Assembly (NCBI RefSeq): GCF_000092465.1
Contig: NC_014205.1
Location: 660,001-692,000, forward strand
Direction: 5' to 3'
DNA length: 32,000 bases
From: Staphylothermus hellenicus DSM 12710
GTDB taxonomy: Archaea; Thermoproteota; Thermoprotei_A; Sulfolobales; Desulfurococcaceae
Each line of letters starts with the position of its first letter. Position 1 is the stretch's first letter. The position numbers and the translations under genes were made by a program. Below the pieces are notes generated by a model. That model was not told the DNA's origin. It saw only the letters and a program-made list of their open reading frames with translations, and made no database searches. Of this stretch, positions 27,901 to 32,000 are shown in pieces.

Positions 27901-28088
27901 GACAAGAAAAAACAATGAATCCATCAAGAATAAGAGAAATATTAAAGACAATCCGTGAAAAAATGACCATATACGATACACATAGAAAACAAATCATAGA
28001 ATACCTGAGAAACATGTCTGAAACAACATACTTATCATACCTAATTATACAAAATCTTAAAAATACAATTGAGAAAAATACTGGATAA
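24951..28088 (+). CDS. SF2 DEAD/DEAH-box helicase (COG1205/YprA-MrfA-like core) with a roughly 600-aa uncharacterised C-terminal region
   Basis: Motif I SGTGSGKT (25179-), Ia [21 protein letters not shown] (25536-), III [19 protein letters not shown]. The remaining roughly 600 aa carry no motif I can name with certainty. Confidence 0.85.
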   Translation: [1045 protein letters not shown]

Positions 28089-28141
28089 ATAAATGTTTTA
28101 TAGTCCTCTCCCAAAATAGTCGATGCCTATGTGATTAAAAA

Positions 28142-28405
28142 TTGCTTAAAATAGGCCAGCACTACTATGTTAGAACAACTATTACTGTATTTCGCGAGAA
28201 AGCTTTGCACGGCGGTGTTGCCTCCTCGATCAAATATTATATGCTCAGCAAGAAAAGTATTGATTATACAGTTGCAGTCAAAAGCTTCAACATAATAAGC
28301 GGAAAACCCATATTTCTATATTCCCCATATGAAGCTATTAATGTAACTGGTTCATTCGAAGTAGCCCCCATAAATATCTCGAAGATCCCCCAGAGACTAC
28401 TCTAA
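28142..28405 (+). pseudogene. FdhB/FrhB N-terminal-domain fragment (truncated F420-type beta subunit remnant)
   Basis: YYVRTTITVFREKALHGGVASSIKYYMLSKKSIDYTVAVKS...TGSFEVAP aligns in pattern with the FrhB_N start (A..D......A.(D/C)GG.VT.....L....ID.V......GS.H.AP). It stops after 87 aa, whereas intact FdhB is about 380-400 aa. Confidence 0.5.
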
Positions 28406-28416
28406 TCATAGATATC

Positions 28417-28563
28417 ATGCATAAAAGCGCTAAATTATATGAGAGAAAGAAATTTGAAGCTTTAAATATAATAGATGATGGAAAACTATTATCTAAATAC
28501 CTTATATGTTTCAATTGCTGGCATGTATGTCCTATTAAAGATGAGAAAGAATTACTTGTATAG
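28417..28563 (+). pseudogene. short ORF with a partial ferredoxin-type CxxCxxxCP motif, probably a further fdhB remnant in another frame
   Basis: MHKSAKLYERKKFEALNIIDDGKLLSKYLICFNCWHVCPIKDEKELLV*. A second Cys-containing mini-ORF (MKCDTCEDARLHQYIFC...) follows at 28612-28689. Confidence 0.3.
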
Positions 28564-28721
28564 ATAAAAAATAAATCTAATAGTCAGTATTATATTTTAT
28601 TTGATAAACGTATGAAGTGTGATACATGTGAAGATGCCCGTCTCCATCAATATATCTTCTGCATTAATAATTCGGAGAATAAGAAGTAGAAGTTTGAGAA
28701 GAGAAGTTGGTGTTTAAACTT

Positions 28722-30824
28722 ATGGGGGCAGAGTTTAAATACACAATATGTCCGTTTTGTGGAGCGGGCTGCGGAATATATTTAATTGTAAAAAACGGCG
28801 CAGTTGTCGGTGTTGAAAGAGTACGTGATCACCCGGTTTCAGCCGGAGTCTTATGCCCGAAAGGAGTCTATAGTTGGAAGCTTATTCGCCATCCCGAAAG
28901 GCTTACCCAGCCTCTTCTTCGAAGAGAACGTGGTTTCAGACCAATATCGTGGAAACAAGCAATTAAAATAATTGCTGAAAAAATAAGAGAGGTAAGGAAA
29001 GACGACCCTAACAGAGCCTATTTATTGTCTAGTGCTAAATGTACAAACGAAGAAAACTATTTGATGCAAAAACTTGCTAGAACAGTTATTGGAACAAACA
29101 ATATTGATCACTGTGCAAGACTCTGTCACAGTCCTACTGTTGTCGCATTATTGAGAAGTCTAGGATCAGCAGCTATGACTAATTCTATAAATGATGTTGT
29201 AAATGCTAAAACATTATTCATAATAGGATACAATCCCGCAGAATCACATCCTGGATTATTTAGACATATAATGGCAGCACGTATAAAACACTCATCACCA
29301 TCGGCATCAAGAATTCTTGCAGCAAAGTTTCCCTCTATTAAACATGAAACAAGATTCAAAATAATAGTAGCTGATCCAAGGAAAACTAGGACAGCCATAC
29401 ATGCCGATCTACATCTTCAACATAGACCAGGTACAGATTCTTACTTAATTAATGCTATGACAAAGATCATAATTGACCATGATCTTATAGATAAGGAATT
29501 CGTTGAAAATAGAACAATAGGTTATGAAGAACTAGTAAAATCCCTTAAGGATTTCAATATAGAATATGCTTCACGAGTTACAAATGTTCCTCTAAAACTA
29601 ATTGAGGAAGCAGCTATAACTTATGCAACCAATAAGCCCTCAACAATCTATTATGGAATGGGTATTACACAGCATAGGAATGGAACAGCTCTTGTTCAAG
29701 CACTGGTAAATCTTGCATTAATAACTGGTAATATAGGTAAGCCTGGAGCAGGTGTTTGCCCGGTTCGTGGACAAGCCAATGTTCAAGGAGCTTGCGATAT
29801 GGGTGCTCTCTCAGATTTTTATCCTGGTTATAGAGCGGTCAACCCAGAAAACGCGAAAATCATGGAAAAGCTATGGGGAACAAAAGTACCCGAAGAAAAA
29901 GGAATGTATTCGAGTGAAATGTGGTTGGAAGCACAGCTTGGAAAAATAGATTTTCTCTACATAATGGGTGAGAACCCATTACTCTCTGAACCTGGATACT
30001 ATAGGATACTTAGAGCTCTTAGAAGAATAGATTTCATAGTTGTACAAGATATATTTCTAACTGAAACTGCGAGAGAAGCAGACCTAGTATTGCCTGCTTC
30101 TCTATGGGCTGAAAAAACGGGAACTATGACAAATACTGAGAGAAGAGTCCAGCTTATCGATAAAATAGTTGATCCGCCTGGAGAGGCTAGGTCCGATATT
30201 GATATATTGTTAATGATATATAAGGAGCTCGGAATCACACCCTTATATAATGGGCCTAAAGAAGTATTTGAAGAAATACGTAGAGTAGTGCCAGCTTATC
30301 ACGGCATAACATATGAGAGACTAATAAGTAATAGATATGGAATACAATGGCCTTGTCCAGACGAAAAACATCCTGGAACCCCAATATTACATGTAGAGAA
30401 ATTTCCTACACCAGATGGTAGAGCCAGAATTATACCTGTAAAACCGGAAATTACTGTTAAAACAACTAAGGATTACCCATATATATTAATAAATGGTAGA
30501 TTAATATCGCATTACAACACGGGAACAATGACTAGAAGAATATTGGAACTATTATTGAAAGAGAGCTCCTCAATTCTAATTATTAGCCCTGAGGACGCTG
30601 AAAAGCTTAATTTATTGGATAGAGACGTGGTGGAACTAGAAACTCCATATGGCAAGGAAAGAATAAAGGTAAGGATTTCGCCAGAGGTGCCTCCAGGAGT
30701 ATTGTTCGTTCCTAACCACTTCGTTGATCCACCAGTTAACTCTGTTACCGGAGACATAATCGACCAAGAGTCAGGTATACCGGAATATAAAGGAATACCG
30801 GCCAGAATCAATGTTCTAAAATAA
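28722..30824 (+). CDS. fdhA: formate dehydrogenase alpha-like molybdopterin oxidoreductase (Cys type)
   Basis: N-terminal [4Fe-4S] motif CPFCGAGCG...CPKG. Active-site string HCARLCHSPT, with Cys (29124-29126) where selenoproteins have Sec. RGQANVQGACDMG. C-terminal molybdopterin dinucleotide-binding domain. ATG 28722 with GGTG 10 nt upstream; the ORF track uses TTG 28707. Confidence 0.85.
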   Translation: MGAEFKYTICPFCGAGCGIYLIVKNGAVVGVERVRDHPVSAGVLCPKGVYSWKLIRHPERLTQPLLRRERGFRPISWKQAIKIIAEKIREVRKDDPNRAYLLSSAKCTNEENYLMQKLARTVIGTNNIDHCARLCHSPTVVALLRSLGSAAMTNSINDVVNAKTLFIIGYNPAESHPGLFRHIMAARIKHSSPSASRILAAKFPSIKHETRFKIIVADPRKTRTAIHADLHLQHRPGTDSYLINAMTKIIIDHDLIDKEFVENRTIGYEELVKSLKDFNIEYASRVTNVPLKLIEEAAITYATNKPSTIYYGMGITQHRNGTALVQALVNLALITGNIGKPGAGVCPVRGQANVQGACDMGALSDFYPGYRAVNPENAKIMEKLWGTKVPEEKGMYSSEMWLEAQLGKIDFLYIMGENPLLSEPGYYRILRALRRIDFIVVQDIFLTETAREADLVLPASLWAEKTGTMTNTERRVQLIDKIVDPPGEARSDIDILLMIYKELGITPLYNGPKEVFEEIRRVVPAYHGITYERLISNRYGIQWPCPDEKHPGTPILHVEKFPTPDGRARIIPVKPEITVKTTKDYPYILINGRLISHYNTGTMTRRILELLLKESSSILIISPEDAEKLNLLDRDVVELETPYGKERIKVRISPEVPPGVLFVPNHFVDPPVNSVTGDIIDQESGIPEYKGIPARINVLK

Positions 30825-30841
30825 CTTTTTATAGTTTGTAA

Positions 30842-31513
30842 CTAGGACCTCTCACGGTATATGAGACATTCAAGACAGGGCTCAGGTAGTTTTTTGATTA
30901 ATCCTTCCTCAACACATCTAATATCATCTCGAGTATTAACATTATATACACTAAGCTTTTGTTCAAGCGGGTAATCATCTAGATACAGTATTTTCTTATT
31001 ATCCAACTTGTTGATTAACCTAGTAATACTTAGTTCTCCACAACTAATACTTTTCTCAAAAACTGATAATAATTCCCCAGAATAAATTGCATGTAAGGGT
31101 TCGAGGAAACCTTTCCTCCAGCCCGGAACTAGAGCTAAGAACTTGTTTTCAATCCATATATTAAGCATTTCTATGAGAAGCTCTCTATTTAGACATGGCA
31201 TGTCTCCGCCGAAGACGAAAACATCTCCAAGATTCTTTAATGCTATATAGATACCTGATATAGGGCCTTTCAATATATCATCGATCAATACATTACTTAA
31301 TCCTATCTTCCTCAGCAACACCGCATTATGAGGGCTTGCTATAAAAAATATATTTTCTTCGTCGAAGATGCTTATGAGTCTCTCATAAACATATAGTATG
31401 AGGGGCTTTCCATTTATTGTATAGAATAGTTTGTTGCTGCCAAATCTAGTTGATAAGCCACCGGCAAGTACCGCTATCTTTAACTTCCCCATATCATCAA
31501 TAGCCTCAGCCAT
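30842..31513 (-). CDS. mobA: molybdenum cofactor guanylyltransferase MobA
   Basis: KIAVLAGGLSTRFGSNKLFYTINGKPLI (LAGGxSxRxG...K motif), GPISGIY, GGDMPC. Convergent with fdhA. Confidence 0.85.
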   Translation of the reverse strand: MAEAIDDMGKLKIAVLAGGLSTRFGSNKLFYTINGKPLILYVYERLISIFDEENIFFIASPHNAVLLRKIGLSNVLIDDILKGPISGIYIALKNLGDVFVFGGDMPCLNRELLIEMLNIWIENKFLALVPGWRKGFLEPLHAIYSGELLSVFEKSISCGELSITRLINKLDNKKILYLDDYPLEQKLSVYNVNTRDDIRCVEEGLIKKLPEPCLECLIYRERS

Positions 31514-31787
31514 TCATTATCAACATCTATTATACTATTAATCATTTATTTTATACTTAGCATACATTATAACTAGGAGAAGCTTCATATGAGAATAGCT
31601 GATTACTCAATACTTGACTTCTATGAGGAGATGATTAATTTAAACATCGAATATATCAAATCAATCAATAATTAAGCAGGGAGGAGAATATTGGATAAGA
31701 GAAATGCTATTGTAGAAAGGGGCTCTAAGCGGTACTGGAGAATAATGTGAGATAAGAGATGAAAATAAAATATTTCTATATTATATT

Positions 31788-32000
31788 TTAGAGTAGATAC
31801 CTCCACACGCCTCTTCCACGATAACTATAAACTATTGTTTTCCATGCTGTTACTTCTTCTATACTATATCCTATTCCTTCTCTTCCTATGCCTGAATCTT
31901 TTCTGCCTCCAAATGGATAGTATCCTATTCCGTGTCTTGGATATTCATTGATATATATGGCTCCGACTTCGAGGAATCTTATTAGTTTCCTGATTTTATT
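31788..32000 (-). CDS. aldehyde dehydrogenase family protein (GapN-like), C-terminal 70 codons only
   Basis: Reverse-strand translation gives [70 protein letters not shown]. PFGGxKxSGxGREG is the ALDH C-terminal signature. The N-terminus lies outside the window. Confidence 0.8.
   Translation of the reverse strand, partial: NKIRKLIRFLEVGAIYINEYPRHGIGYYPFGGRKDSGIGREGIGYSIEEVTAWKTIVYSYRGRGVWRYLL

Noticed and set aside
1-32000. Search for tRNA, rRNA, CRISPR, IS or integrase signatures
   Set aside because: The only GC-rich island is the trpB2 insert. I saw no T-arm-like GTTC(G/A)AATC, no repeat-spacer arrays, and no transposase- or integrase-like ORFs in either the ORF track or the intergenic regions.

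Overview
This is an AT-rich chromosomal segment that looks archaeal, probably from a thermophilic crenarchaeon. Supporting signs are a class I LysRS, an archaeal-type LeuRS, TrpB2, a membrane-anchored sugar-binding protein, GGTG-type ribosome-binding sites, and ATGA/TAATG-coupled operons. Most of the window is housekeeping: leuS (partial), sufC-sufB-sufD, an ABC-2 ATPase/permease pair, a Dpm1-like GT2 glycosyltransferase, a four-gene CUT1-type sugar ABC importer, lysK, a DUF1028 Ntn-hydrolase, a class I aminotransferase, a GH130-like protein, a Cys-type FdhA-like molybdoenzyme with mobA, and a partial aldehyde dehydrogenase. I found no rRNA, tRNA, CRISPR array, transposase or integrase. The strongest anomaly is a trpB2 gene split by a 235-nt insert whose core is 60% G+C and contains two perfect 12-bp hairpins. 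Removing 22243-22477 rebuilds the conserved [14 protein letters not shown] motif and restores the frame. An in-frame TAA at the conserved Lys codon still remains, so this is either a candidate mRNA intron or ncRNA/mobile insert, or a very recent pseudogene. Other points worth a second look: (1) an A9 tract at the end of a membrane-protein gene, with about 90 further open codons in the -1 frame; (2) a compact RHH-like / class II amidotransferase-like / small helical protein trio behind a promoter carrying three TATTAC repeats at 18-bp spacing; (3) a 1045-aa COG1205/YprA-like SF2 helicase with a long Cys-poor C-terminal region; (4) a class I LysRS whose KMSKS position reads DMTSS; (5) decayed fdhB-like remnants upstream of fdhA. 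All functional calls come from motif recognition by eye; no searches were run.
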